Source: Kiritimatiellia bacterium (lineage in GTDB: Bacteria > Verrucomicrobiota > Kiritimatiellia > SLAD01). Taken from it: a stretch of 64,000 bases of DNA. The stretch is taken from the NCBI GenBank assembly GCA_007136425.1, contig SLGY01000011.1, forward strand, positions 5,559 to 69,558. The letters run 5' to 3'. Position numbers and translations under genes: made by a program. This document shows positions 36,302 to 45,794 of the stretch, in pieces (within the stretch, counting starts at the first letter, position 1; the number at the start of each line of letters is the position of its first letter). The notes beneath the pieces were generated by a model. It ran no database searches, had not been told where the DNA came from, and was given only the letters and a program-made list of their open reading frames with translations.

Positions 36302-37146
36302 TTTCTATTCCATTAGGCCACTATTTCGAATTGATAATCACTTGGATGACCGATAACTGGTCCGTGTTCTTCAAAGGTGTGGAGAACACGGTCGAAAGTC
36401 TGATCGATTTCTTTGAAATGATATTCTTCCTGCCGCATCCTTATCTGATGATCGCGGTGTTTGCGGGCCTGGCGTGGTGGGCCACGGGGTGGAGGAAATA
36501 CGGACTGGCGCTATTCACGGTGATTGGTTATCTGCTGATCATGGGGATGGGACTTTGGGAACGTACGATGCAAACCCTGGCTCTGGTGCTGGTAGCGACC
36601 TTCATCGCCCTTCTTGTTGGGGTTCCGGTGGGGATCTGGTCGGGCCGACGCGACAGCGTAGAGCGCGTGGTGCGTCCGATTCTGGACTTTATGCAGACCA
36701 TGCCCGCCTTCGTTTATCTGATTCCCGCAGTGTTCTTCTTTTCCATCGGGAAGGTGCCGGGCGCGGTGGCAACCGTCGTGTTCGCCATGCCGCCCTGTGT
36801 GCGCTTGACCACGCTCGGGCTGAAGCAGGTGCCGCACGATGTGTTGGAGGCATCGGATGCGTTCGGCTGCACGCCGATGCAGCAGTTGTTCAAGGTCCAG
36901 TTGCCGATGGCCTTGCCCAGCATCCTGGCGGGCGTGAACCAGACGATTATGTTGGCTTTGTCGATGGTCGTTATCGCGGCCCTGATTGGCGCCGGCGGGC
37001 TCGGCGCCCAGGTCGTGCGCGGCGTCCAACAGCTGCGCCTTGGTCTCGGTTTTGAGAGCGGCATTGCCATTGTCGTTCTGGCCATGTATTTGGATAGAAT
37101 CACTCATGCGCTCGGATCCAAGAGCGCTCGTAAACAGAAAGGCTGA
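36298..37146 (+). CDS. proW: Glycine betaine/proline ABC transporter permease
   Basis: RPILDFMQTMPAFVYLIP, AGVNQTIMLALSMVVIA, GAGGLG. Confidence 0.93.
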   Translation: MISIPLGHYFELIITWMTDNWSVFFKGVENTVESLIDFFEMIFFLPHPYLMIAVFAGLAWWATGWRKYGLALFTVIGYLLIMGMGLWERTMQTLALVLVATFIALLVGVPVGIWSGRRDSVERVVRPILDFMQTMPAFVYLIPAVFFFSIGKVPGAVATVVFAMPPCVRLTTLGLKQVPHDVLEASDAFGCTPMQQLFKVQLPMALPSILAGVNQTIMLALSMVVIAALIGAGGLGAQVVRGVQQLRLGLGFESGIAIVVLAMYLDRITHALGSKSARKQKG

Positions 37147-37183
37147 ACTTGGCGGTTCAGCCGCAAAAAAGAAGGAGATAGCA

Positions 37184-38056
37184 ATGAAGAAGATCCATAC
37201 CAAATGGCTGGCGCTGCTTTGCGCCGCTGCAGTTGGCGTGGGGTTATTGGCCGGATGTGGCCAGCCTCCCCGTGAGGATGTGGGTGACACGATTCGTCTC
37301 GCCTATGTAAACTGGGCGGAAGGCGTGGCTGTCACGCATCTGACGACCGTGCTGCTGGAAGACATGGGCTACAACGTCGAAGCCACCATGGCGGATGTGG
37401 CGCCCATTTATTCGTCCGTCGCACAGGGCAATCAGGATATCATGATCGAAACCTGGCTGCCCCATACGCATGAGGCGTATTTCGATCGCTACGGTGACCA
37501 GGTCGAACTGATCAGCACGTGGTATGACGAGGCCCGGATTGGGCTGGTTGTACCGGACTACGTCACGATCGACAGCATCGAAGAGCTGAACGACGCGCGC
37601 GAACAGTTCAACGGCCGAATCACCGGGATCGATGCCGGCGCCGGCATCATGGCCTCCTCGGAAAATGCCATCGAAAACTATGGCTTGGATTACGAATTGG
37701 TAGCTTCGAGTGAAGCGGCGATGACGGCGGCACTGCAGAGCGCGATCGAAAATGACGATTGGATCGTCGTGACCGGCTGGTCGCCGCACTGGAAGTTTGC
37801 TCGCTATGATCTGAAATATCTGGAAGATCCGAAAGGCGACTTCGGAGCCACGGAGCTGGTCCATTCGGCCGCGCGCCTTGGTTTCTCCGAAGAGTTCCCC
37901 GAAGTGGCGGCGCTGTTTGGAAACATGAAGTTCGATGCGGAGCAAATCGGTTCGCTGATGGACGTCATGGACGGCGTGCCCGATGGGGGCGAGGAACGGG
38001 CTGTCCGATCCTGGATTGCGGAAAACCAGCAAGTAGTTGATAGCTGGATGCCGTAA
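37184..38056 (+). CDS. proX: Glycine betaine ABC transporter substrate-binding lipoprotein
   Basis: Lipobox LAGC, YVNWAEG, WLPHTH, GIDAGAG, GWSPHWKF, LEDPK; AAGGAG RBS. Confidence 0.9.
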   Translation: MKKIHTKWLALLCAAAVGVGLLAGCGQPPREDVGDTIRLAYVNWAEGVAVTHLTTVLLEDMGYNVEATMADVAPIYSSVAQGNQDIMIETWLPHTHEAYFDRYGDQVELISTWYDEARIGLVVPDYVTIDSIEELNDAREQFNGRITGIDAGAGIMASSENAIENYGLDYELVASSEAAMTAALQSAIENDDWIVVTGWSPHWKFARYDLKYLEDPKGDFGATELVHSAARLGFSEEFPEVAALFGNMKFDAEQIGSLMDVMDGVPDGGEERAVRSWIAENQQVVDSWMP

Positions 38057-38085
38057 GCCGTAAGAACGGATCCATCCGAAAATAG

Positions 38086-38129
38086 AAGAAAGCGCCTGGA
38101 CGCCGAAAGGGGTTCAGGCGCTTTTTCTT
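38086..38129. terminator. Probable bidirectional intrinsic terminator between convergent proX and mscS
   Basis: AAGAAAGCGCCTGGA...TTCAGGCGCTTTTTCTT stem with A/T tracts on both sides. Confidence 0.7.
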
Positions 38130-39262
38130 GGGGGCGGCGACAAGGGAAACACTTCCGGCGCGTCCGGTAGGGTTTCGAGATAGAGCGACCGGCTCGGGAA
38201 CGCAAACGAGGTGCCGGCTTCCTCGACGATCTCCTTGATCCGATAGGCGAGCCGTTCCTTGATTTCCAGCCACTCGCCCCAGACCCGGGTTCGGGTGAAA
38301 CAGTACACAAGAATATCAATGGAACTGTCGTTGAAGGAGTCGATCCGAACGAAGGTGGGCACTTCCGTCGGCTTCGCGAATTCGTCGTTTTCCAGAATAT
38401 AACGCTCGATGCCCTCGCGGATCTGTTTCAGTTGTTCGAGAGTTGTGCGGTACTCAACCCCGAGCATCCAGCGAATGCGGCGATGACTCATGCGAGTGAA
38501 ATTGGTCACGGCATTGTCCGCAAGCCGGGCATTGGGAACGTAGACGGGTGCGCGGTCAAAACGTCGGACCGTCGTTGTGCGAAATCCGATATCCGTCACC
38601 GTGCCCTCGACCACGCCGTCGACCAGAATCCAGTCCCCGTCTTGAAAGCGGCGTTCCCCAATCACGAACAGTCCGGCAATCAAGTTCTTGAATAGATCCT
38701 GCGCCCCCAACGCCACCGCTACGCCGAACAGGCCGAGCCCGGCGATGATGGGGCCGACGGCGATACCCCACAACTCGAGAATGGTCGCCGCACCCAGGAC
38801 AACGAAGGCGATCTTGGCCGCTTTCACGATCCATTCCGCCATAGCGCGGGTGAGTACCCGGTTCGCCCGATAGAGCAAGGAGCCCAAGGGCGTGGTCATC
38901 CGATAAAACGCCCAGAAAATGGTGAAGGCGACCAGCGACCGATTCAGCCGGTAAAAGAATTCGCGGGTGGTATCCTCGATGTCCAGCACGCTGGTAGCGA
39001 AAAAGACGCCCATGACAACGGGAATAAAGCGGATGGGTTCGTAAAGCGCCGAAACGATCCGATCGTCCACGTCCGTTTGCGTCTTTGCCACACCCCGTTT
39101 CAAGGCGCCGAGCACGAAGCGGGTAAACAGGTTGCGGATAGCGATGAAGACTAAAAAGATAAGAAGGGCCAGCAGGATATGTGAGATATCCACCCCATAA
39201 ACGCCTTCGCGCCAAACGGTGACGACCAGATCCCAAAATTCTCTGAAAGACGCTATATCCAT
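38114..39262 (-). CDS. Small-conductance mechanosensitive channel, MscS family
   Basis: GLFGVAVALGAQDLFKNLIAG, GDWI, IGFRTT, VPNARL, FAFPSRSLY. Confidence 0.93.
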   Translation of the reverse strand: MDIASFREFWDLVVTVWREGVYGVDISHILLALLIFLVFIAIRNLFTRFVLGALKRGVAKTQTDVDDRIVSALYEPIRFIPVVMGVFFATSVLDIEDTTREFFYRLNRSLVAFTIFWAFYRMTTPLGSLLYRANRVLTRAMAEWIVKAAKIAFVVLGAATILELWGIAVGPIIAGLGLFGVAVALGAQDLFKNLIAGLFVIGERRFQDGDWILVDGVVEGTVTDIGFRTTTVRRFDRAPVYVPNARLADNAVTNFTRMSHRRIRWMLGVEYRTTLEQLKQIREGIERYILENDEFAKPTEVPTFVRIDSFNDSSIDILVYCFTRTRVWGEWLEIKERLAYRIKEIVEEAGTSFAFPSRSLYLETLPDAPEVFPLSPPPRKSA

Positions 39263-39438
39263 GACTCATCCTGGGAATTCGTTAGTCGATGTTCACGGGC
39301 ATCGAACATTGTTCAATGCCCGCACGGACCCTGACAAAAAGCGGCGAATAATGTCAAGCCCCACAACAGAAGAGGGCAATCAAAGAATATTGGACAGCGT
39401 TTGGCAGGAGGGCTACGATGAATGGACAGGCCTGAGAG

Positions 39439-40443
39439 ATGAGCATGAAACATTGGCAGGAAACAGACGAGATTTATCAACGGCTACACGCGTTGACGGC
39501 GGCCGGCGAATCCGCGGCCCTGGCCGTGATTATCGGTATCGAAGGGTCCACGTACCGTCGGCCGGGCGCAAAACTGTTGATCGAACCGGATGGCCGGATG
39601 ATCGGTAACGTGAGCGGAGGATGCCTCGAACAGGATGTGCGGGAAACGGCGCTGGCGATCCTGCAGGACGGAACGGCGCGGCGCGTCCATTACGATACGA
39701 GCGATGAGGAAGATAAGGTCTGGGGCATGGGCTTGGGTTGTAACGGGAAAGTGGATCTTTTTGTTCAACGCATTACGCCGCGCGAACACGCCGGATTCGT
39801 TGAGGAGGTATGCGCCTTGCTGGGTGGGGATCGCCCGTTTGCGTTGCGCACGGAAATCGACGGCGATGCCCGCGGGCGACTGAGCGTCATGGAATCCGCC
39901 GAGGTCCGCACGGAATGGCGCGGGACCACGTTTACGGAACGGCTGGACCCGCCGCCGACGTTGCTGATCTGTGGGGCGGGGGATGACGCGCTGCCCCTGG
40001 CGCGTTTCGCGCACGAACTCGGATTTCGTGTCACCGTGGCGGATCATCGTTCGGCGTATCTGGCGCCCGACCGATTCCCCGACGGCGCCCGGCGCATGCA
40101 GGTGCGTCCGGAAGACGCGTTGGACGAACTGTTGGTCAATGCGAACACGTATGTCGTCGTCAAAACGCATGCCTTGGCCCATGACGCTGTATGGGTCGAT
40201 CGTCTGTTGCAGACGGAAGCGCCGTATATCGGTTTGCTCGGGCCGCGCGAGCGCCGCGACGACATACTGAAACGAACGGATCCAGCGGAGCGCGATCGCC
40301 TTTATGGCCCGGTCGGATTGGATCTTGGAGGCGAAGGGCCGGAACAGGTATCCTTGAGTATCGTGGCCGAAGCGTTGGCCGTCCTGCATAAGCGCGGGGC
40401 GGGGCACTTGAAGGACCGGACAAAGGCTATTCATACGGATTAA
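39439..40443 (+). CDS. XdhC/CoxI family molybdenum-cofactor chaperone
   Basis: EGSTYRRPGAK, VSGGCLE, GLGCNG, CGAGDDA, YIGLLGP, PVGLDLG. Confidence 0.88.
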   Translation: MSMKHWQETDEIYQRLHALTAAGESAALAVIIGIEGSTYRRPGAKLLIEPDGRMIGNVSGGCLEQDVRETALAILQDGTARRVHYDTSDEEDKVWGMGLGCNGKVDLFVQRITPREHAGFVEEVCALLGGDRPFALRTEIDGDARGRLSVMESAEVRTEWRGTTFTERLDPPPTLLICGAGDDALPLARFAHELGFRVTVADHRSAYLAPDRFPDGARRMQVRPEDALDELLVNANTYVVVKTHALAHDAVWVDRLLQTEAPYIGLLGPRERRDDILKRTDPAERDRLYGPVGLDLGGEGPEQVSLSIVAEALAVLHKRGAGHLKDRTKAIHTD

Positions 40444-40455
40444 ACGGGAGCGTGT

Positions 40456-41343
40456 ATGTCGGAAAAGATCATGGATGGAAAGGTGATAGCCGCTGAAATG
40501 CGGGAAGAGTTGAAGAAAAGGTTGGCGCCGCTGAAGGAGAAGGGGGTCATGCCCGGCTTGGGAGTGGTACTGGTGGGCGATGATCCGGCGTCGCGCTCGT
40601 ACGTAACCGCGAAGGAGCGGGCCTGTCAAGATGTGGGCATCCATTCGCAGGAAATCAGGCTGGACGCGCCTGCGCCGCTCGAAGAGATCCTTGACGCGGT
40701 GCGGGGATATAATCGCGATCCGGACATTCATGGAATCCTGGTACAGTTGCCGTTGCCCGATGCGCGTATGGAGGCGGAGGTCATTGCGGCGATCGATCCG
40801 GACAAGGATGTGGACGGCTTTCACCCGGTAAATATCGGTCGCATGATACTGGGTCTGCCCGCATTCCTGCCCTGCACGCCGCACGGTGTATTACAGATGT
40901 TGAAGCGCGCGGGTCAGTCCCCGAACGGTCGGCATGTGGTGATTATCGGGCGCAGCAACATCGTCGGCCGGCCTTTGGCCAATCTGTTAACACTGAAAAA
41001 TGAACTGGGCAATGCGACGGTCACCCTGTGCCACACCGGTACGGGCGATCTTGCGCATCATACGCGCCAAGCCGATATCATCGTGGCCGCCGCCGGGCGC
41101 CCGCATACCGTCACCGCAGACATGGTTCGAGACGGGGCAGTGGTCGTGGACGTGGGGGTCAATCGTGTGGACGACGCCTCGCGTCCGCGCGGCTACCGTT
41201 TGGTAGGTGACGTCGACTTCGACGGGGTGTTCGACAAGGTGTCCGCGATCACACCCGTGCCCGGAGGGGTGGGGCCGATGACGATTACGATGCTCTTATA
41301 CAACACGGTCGAGGCCGCTGAACGGAAGCAGCAACAGGGGTAA
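40456..41343 (+). CDS. folD: Methylenetetrahydrofolate dehydrogenase/cyclohydrolase
   Basis: GILVQLPLP, KDVDGFHP, PCTPHG, GRSNIVGRP, TPVPGGVGPMT. Confidence 0.97.
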   Translation: MSEKIMDGKVIAAEMREELKKRLAPLKEKGVMPGLGVVLVGDDPASRSYVTAKERACQDVGIHSQEIRLDAPAPLEEILDAVRGYNRDPDIHGILVQLPLPDARMEAEVIAAIDPDKDVDGFHPVNIGRMILGLPAFLPCTPHGVLQMLKRAGQSPNGRHVVIIGRSNIVGRPLANLLTLKNELGNATVTLCHTGTGDLAHHTRQADIIVAAAGRPHTVTADMVRDGAVVVDVGVNRVDDASRPRGYRLVGDVDFDGVFDKVSAITPVPGGVGPMTITMLLYNTVEAAERKQQQG

Positions 41344-41347
41344 ACCC

Positions 41348-42466
41348 TTGCGAATACTCAACAAATATCTCCTGCATGATTACATGGTCATTTTCGTGAT
41401 GACCCTGTTGATTTTCACCTTTGTCATGTGCATTGGCGCCGTTGTCCGGGCCATCGATCTTGTGGCGCGGGGGGTGTCCGCTTGGGTGATCTTGCGCGCA
41501 TTCACGTATAATATCCCCTATATCCTGACCTTCTCCATTCCCATGAGCGCGATGACGACCGTGCTGCTGTTGTTCGGGCGGTTATCGGTGGATGGAGAGA
41601 TTACGGCCATGCGGGCGTCAGGGCTGAGTATGTGGCAGATCATATCGCCCGTGATCTTCATTTCTATTCTCCTTTCGACACTTTGTGTCTACCTGAATAT
41701 CACGGTGGCGCCCAACGCACATTTCGCGCGCCGCAAGGCCCTTGCGAATGTGGGGGTGGAAGATCCCATCAGCCTCCTGGAAGAGGGTCGCTTTGTTCGC
41801 GAATTTCCCGGATTCATGATCTATGTGGGAAGAAAAGATAAAGACGAGGTCAAGGATATCGTTGTGTACGAAACCGGTCCGGGAGGCGTCACCCGAAGCG
41901 TGCGCGCCCAATCCGGCAGCTTGAGCATGCCGGAAGAGCATATGATCTTGATCGATTTGTACGACGTACGCATCGATCAACCGGACGACGAGCATCCCGA
42001 CGATCCAGCGCGTACGCGCACGATTCATGCGCGGCATTATCCGGTGCCCCTTGACTTCTCGGATATGTTCGGCAGTGGCGAAGTGCGCAAGTCCAAATCT
42101 TCGATGACCCTGCTTGATTTGACCCATTCCATTCGTAACGTGCGCGAACTCTATCCGCAATTGAAGGAAGAGGAATTGCGGAGGGTGCGCATGGGCTATC
42201 TGGTGGAAGCCAACGAGCGCCTTGCCCTGTCCCTTTCCTGCTTTGCATTCACCTTGCTCGGCATTCCTTTGGGCATGAAATCGCGCCGACGGGAATCTTC
42301 CATTGGTGTAGGGATCAGCCTGGGCGTGGTCTTTATCTTCTATTTCTTCATCATTATCGCCGACGCCCTCGTGAGACATCCGCATTTGCACCCGGACATG
42401 ATCGTCTGGTTCCCGGTTATTGCGGGTGAAGCCATCGGGTTCATATTAATTCGCGCACATGATTAA
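41348..42466 (+). CDS. LptF/LptG family LPS export permease
   Basis: ILNKYL, 3 TM + periplasmic domain + 3 TM, GRLSVDGEITAMRASGLS; TTG start. Confidence 0.88.
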   Translation: MRILNKYLLHDYMVIFVMTLLIFTFVMCIGAVVRAIDLVARGVSAWVILRAFTYNIPYILTFSIPMSAMTTVLLLFGRLSVDGEITAMRASGLSMWQIISPVIFISILLSTLCVYLNITVAPNAHFARRKALANVGVEDPISLLEEGRFVREFPGFMIYVGRKDKDEVKDIVVYETGPGGVTRSVRAQSGSLSMPEEHMILIDLYDVRIDQPDDEHPDDPARTRTIHARHYPVPLDFSDMFGSGEVRKSKSSMTLLDLTHSIRNVRELYPQLKEEELRRVRMGYLVEANERLALSLSCFAFTLLGIPLGMKSRRRESSIGVGISLGVVFIFYFFIIIADALVRHPHLHPDMIVWFPVIAGEAIGFILIRAHD

Positions 42467-42479
42467 GGGAGTACAGGAT

Positions 42480-43226
42480 ATGGAAAACACGAAAACAGAC
42501 GCACAACGGCCGGATGGCCGGGGCTTGGACGGCTTGCGCGGCGTATCGTTTCTAATGGATATCGCTCCGGCTGCGAAGGGGTCGGCCCTGATACGGGTGG
42601 GACGAACGGCGGTATTGTGCGGGGTGTCGGTGGAACAGAAGGTGCCGCGCTGGATGCAAGCTCAGAAGATTGAAGGCGGCTGGTTGACCGGCGAATACAG
42701 CATGCTGCCGTACGCGACAAGCGACCGTTCGTCGCGCGAGTCGTCCTTGGGCAGGATCAGCGGGCGTTCACAGGAAATCCAACGGCTTATCGGACGATCG
42801 CTCCGCGCCGTGACCGATCTGAAAGCGCTCGGACCGCGTACCGTATGGATCGACTGTGACGTGCTCGAAGCAGATGGCGGTACCCGGACCGCGTCGATTA
42901 CCGGCGCGTACGTCGCCTTGCGTCAGGCGGTCAATCGCCTGCTGGCGGAGGGCGCGCTGGAAGAGGACCCGATCAAGGAAGCCGTAGCGGCCGTCAGCGT
43001 CGGCCTGGTGCACGGCGTGCCGATGCTTGATTTGTGTTATGAAGAGGATCTGGCCGCCGAAGTGGACATGAACGTCGTCGTCACGGGTTCAGGCCGTTAT
43101 GTGGAGGTGCAGGGCACCGCGGAAGGCGAACCGTATCGCCGGGATCAACTCGACGCGATGCTCGCCTTGGCCGACAAGGGCTGCACGGAATTGATCCAGG
43201 CGCAGGAACAGGCGCTCGCCGGATAG
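42480..43226 (+). CDS. rph: Ribonuclease PH
   Basis: RPDGR, GWLTGEYSMLP, EIQRLIGRSLRA, DCDVLEADGGTRTASITG, EVQGTAE. Confidence 0.96.
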   Translation: MENTKTDAQRPDGRGLDGLRGVSFLMDIAPAAKGSALIRVGRTAVLCGVSVEQKVPRWMQAQKIEGGWLTGEYSMLPYATSDRSSRESSLGRISGRSQEIQRLIGRSLRAVTDLKALGPRTVWIDCDVLEADGGTRTASITGAYVALRQAVNRLLAEGALEEDPIKEAVAAVSVGLVHGVPMLDLCYEEDLAAEVDMNVVVTGSGRYVEVQGTAEGEPYRRDQLDAMLALADKGCTELIQAQEQALAG

Positions 43227-43232
43227 CCGCTC

Positions 43233-43562
43233 CTACAAATGCGGTTCGACTTTTTCTTTCAGCGCGGCTTTGCTCATCGCGCCCACAAGCTGTTCGGCTA
43301 CGTTGCCGGATTTGATGATCAGCAGGGTGGGGATGGAGCGCACCCCGAATTCGTTGGCCAGTTCCGGGCGTTCGTCCACATTGACCTTGGCGATCTTGAG
43401 CTTGTCGCCCAGATCGTCGGCGAGCTCGTCGAGAACCGGAGCAATCGCCTTGCAGGGACCGCACCATTCGGCCCAGAAATCCACCAGAACGGGCGTAGAC
43501 GATTCAAGGACTTCGCTTTTCCAGTTCGATTCGTTCACTTGTATGATCTTGTCACTTGCCAT
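43233..43562 (-). CDS. trxA: Thioredoxin
   Basis: [16 protein letters not shown]; 109 aa. Confidence 0.96.
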   Translation of the reverse strand: MASDKIIQVNESNWKSEVLESSTPVLVDFWAEWCGPCKAIAPVLDELADDLGDKLKIAKVNVDERPELANEFGVRSIPTLLIIKSGNVAEQLVGAMSKAALKEKVEPHL

Positions 43563-43655
43563 GATATGTTTCCTTTAACGTTAGATGTACACATTGATAG
43601 CGCCGTGTAATAGGTCGCCGGATGCAGGCATACCTTACAGGGGGCGCGTACAGAA

Positions 43656-45023
43656 TCAAACCAACCTTCCCGGGAATGGGATGGCCGGCGAGAGCGTAGC
43701 CACCAGGACATATAGCAGGGCCAGGCTTACCAGTACGGCAATGATCGCCACCGCCGCGAAGGCCGGGTGCGCTTCTTCTTCGCGGTCGAGCTTGATCGCG
43801 CCGGCGCCTTCTTCGGTCGATTCTTCCGCGGGCGCCTGTCCCTTCTTGGCCGGCGGTCTGGCCACGGTCATGGCCGGGCGCGTACCGGAGGCCCCACCGG
43901 CGTCGGGACGCTTGATACGAATGGTCTTGCGCTGAGTGGGCGGGGTCGACGAGGTCACTTCGCGGGGCAGGTCGATCCGCGCCGTTTCACTCTTCTTCGC
44001 CTCATCGTAGTCGGACGGGATCGGTATCGTGGCGGCGGATTTCTTTTCCGGCTCGTCCTTGGGCCTTCCCACCTTCATTGTTCCGCTGGGTTTGTCTTGT
44101 GGCGAACCGTCGGCGCTGATGTGCATGGTTTCCTGCTTCATCAGCTCCTTCTTGTCCTCGTCCGAAAGCATCTCCTGTAGATCAAGCCGGGCGGTCGATT
44201 TCTTGGTGGATTCAGCGATCTCCGCCTTCTTCAACGCCTGCGATTCGTCGGCTACCTTTTGGCGGTCCGTTTCGCTCTTGCGTTGTTGCTCGTCCAGGAT
44301 AACGCGTTGGGTCGCATTCAGGGCCGCTTCATACAGATCATCCAGCGACTCTTCTTCGATGTTGTCCAAGCGAATGGTCTTTTCCTTGGAAGCATCGGCC
44401 AGCGGTTTCGCTTGCGCATCGCTCGATGGCGCGGTTTCAGTCGCCTTGACTTCCTGTTGCGGCGCGTCCGGCTTGTCCGCCTTGGGCGGTCTTGATTTCG
44501 GCGGCGGCTGGGCGTCGGAAAGCGATATCTTTGACGTGTCGGACTTCGGTTCAGCAGGCTTGCCGTTCGCAACCGGCCCATTGCCTTCGGCATCCTGTTT
44601 GGCTGGTTCGGACGCTTTCGCAGCTTCCGGCGATTTGGCCTTGCTCTCCGGTGGCGGGGCCATGGACAACTTGATCTTGGGCTTTTCCTCCTCTTTTTCG
44701 GCGGGGGGCTGCTGTTCGGATGAGGCGTCTTCCTTTGTATCGGCCGCAGGTTTCTCTTCCTCTTTCTTCTCTTGTCCGGCCGGCTCTTTCATCTTCACGT
44801 CGTCCAGTGATCCGAGCGACAACTTGATCTTGGGCTTTTCTTCCGACTTGGCGTTCTCATCGGATTTGTCCGTTGAGGCCGTTTCGGCAGGCGGCTTGCT
44901 GGAAGCGTCTGGTGGCTTCGGCGCGGGCGTCTTCGACGCATCGGTTTCAGGCGACGCGCTCAATGCGTCTAAATTGATTTTGGGAGGTTCCTTTTTCTCT
45001 TTGTTTTCAGCGTTGTCGGTCAT
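43656..45023 (-). CDS. Hypothetical disordered K/E/P/A-rich protein with a C-terminal TM anchor
   Basis: Long ORF with low-complexity composition, repeated short motifs and a single hydrophobic C-terminal helix; start MTDNAE follows a GGAG RBS. Confidence 0.8.
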   Translation of the reverse strand: MTDNAENKEKKEPPKINLDALSASPETDASKTPAPKPPDASSKPPAETASTDKSDENAKSEEKPKIKLSLGSLDDVKMKEPAGQEKKEEEKPAADTKEDASSEQQPPAEKEEEKPKIKLSMAPPPESKAKSPEAAKASEPAKQDAEGNGPVANGKPAEPKSDTSKISLSDAQPPPKSRPPKADKPDAPQQEVKATETAPSSDAQAKPLADASKEKTIRLDNIEEESLDDLYEAALNATQRVILDEQQRKSETDRQKVADESQALKKAEIAESTKKSTARLDLQEMLSDEDKKELMKQETMHISADGSPQDKPSGTMKVGRPKDEPEKKSAATIPIPSDYDEAKKSETARIDLPREVTSSTPPTQRKTIRIKRPDAGGASGTRPAMTVARPPAKKGQAPAEESTEEGAGAIKLDREEEAHPAFAAVAIIAVLVSLALLYVLVATLSPAIPFPGRLV

Positions 45024-45275
45024 GCCTGTAACTCCCTGAATTGGTGTATAATATAGGCTAGTATCATTCATGCAGGCGGTCAAAATAAAAAAGACTGGAT
45101 AAAGCCCTCGGGGCGGAATATACAGTCAACAAGCACTTATCCCAAAACCCGGCTGAAATCGGTGCTGCAAGCGTCGCCATGCCCGATTCGATCTTGTGGC
45201 GTTTGTTGTTCCTCTTTCAGGCGGCAGTATGACTGGGGGTTCGGAGAGAAAGACGAGAAGCGGAATTCAGTAACC

Positions 45276-45794
45276 ATGCAATTGCGTCGATATATTCCAA
45301 CCGTCATCAGCGCCGGCATGGCGTTGCACTTGTTGACAGGCTGCGAGCCCCTGTCCGAAGGGGAATTGCGGGACTTTGAGTCGCGCGAATTCGGTCGCGA
45401 CGAGCAGCGCGCGCTGCTGCAAGACGCGGCGGAGTGGAATAGCGTGGATGGCGCCGTTGAGCTTGTGCGTTCCTTTGAGGCGCCGGACGAGGAGGAGGGA
45501 ACCACCGAGGAATGGATCCGGCGCAAGCGGGAGGCGATTGAAGGCGATGTCATGTTCCCGCGGTGGGATGGGCGCAGACTCGGTTCGCATCGTTTTGAGG
45601 TGCGTTACACGCATACGGTGATCGATTACGACTACAATATCGAGAAGTCCGGATACGCATGGGAAGCGGACACCATGCTGAAGACGGTGGTAGGGCCGAC
45701 GCCGTTGGAGCCGGCGGAACTGGAATCCCGTCCACGCCGGCCGTCGTTGACCGAGCCGTTGGACGAGCCCCTTGAAAACGGTATAGCCGAATGA
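45276..45794 (+). CDS. Hypothetical lipoprotein
   Basis: Lipobox LLTGC; stop overlaps the mutY start (ATGA). Confidence 0.7.
   Translation: MQLRRYIPTVISAGMALHLLTGCEPLSEGELRDFESREFGRDEQRALLQDAAEWNSVDGAVELVRSFEAPDEEEGTTEEWIRRKREAIEGDVMFPRWDGRRLGSHRFEVRYTHTVIDYDYNIEKSGYAWEADTMLKTVVGPTPLEPAELESRPRRPSLTEPLDEPLENGIAE

Noticed and set aside
39484..40884. 466-aa minus-strand ORF across xdhC/folD
   Set aside because: Overlaps two well-supported plus-strand genes.
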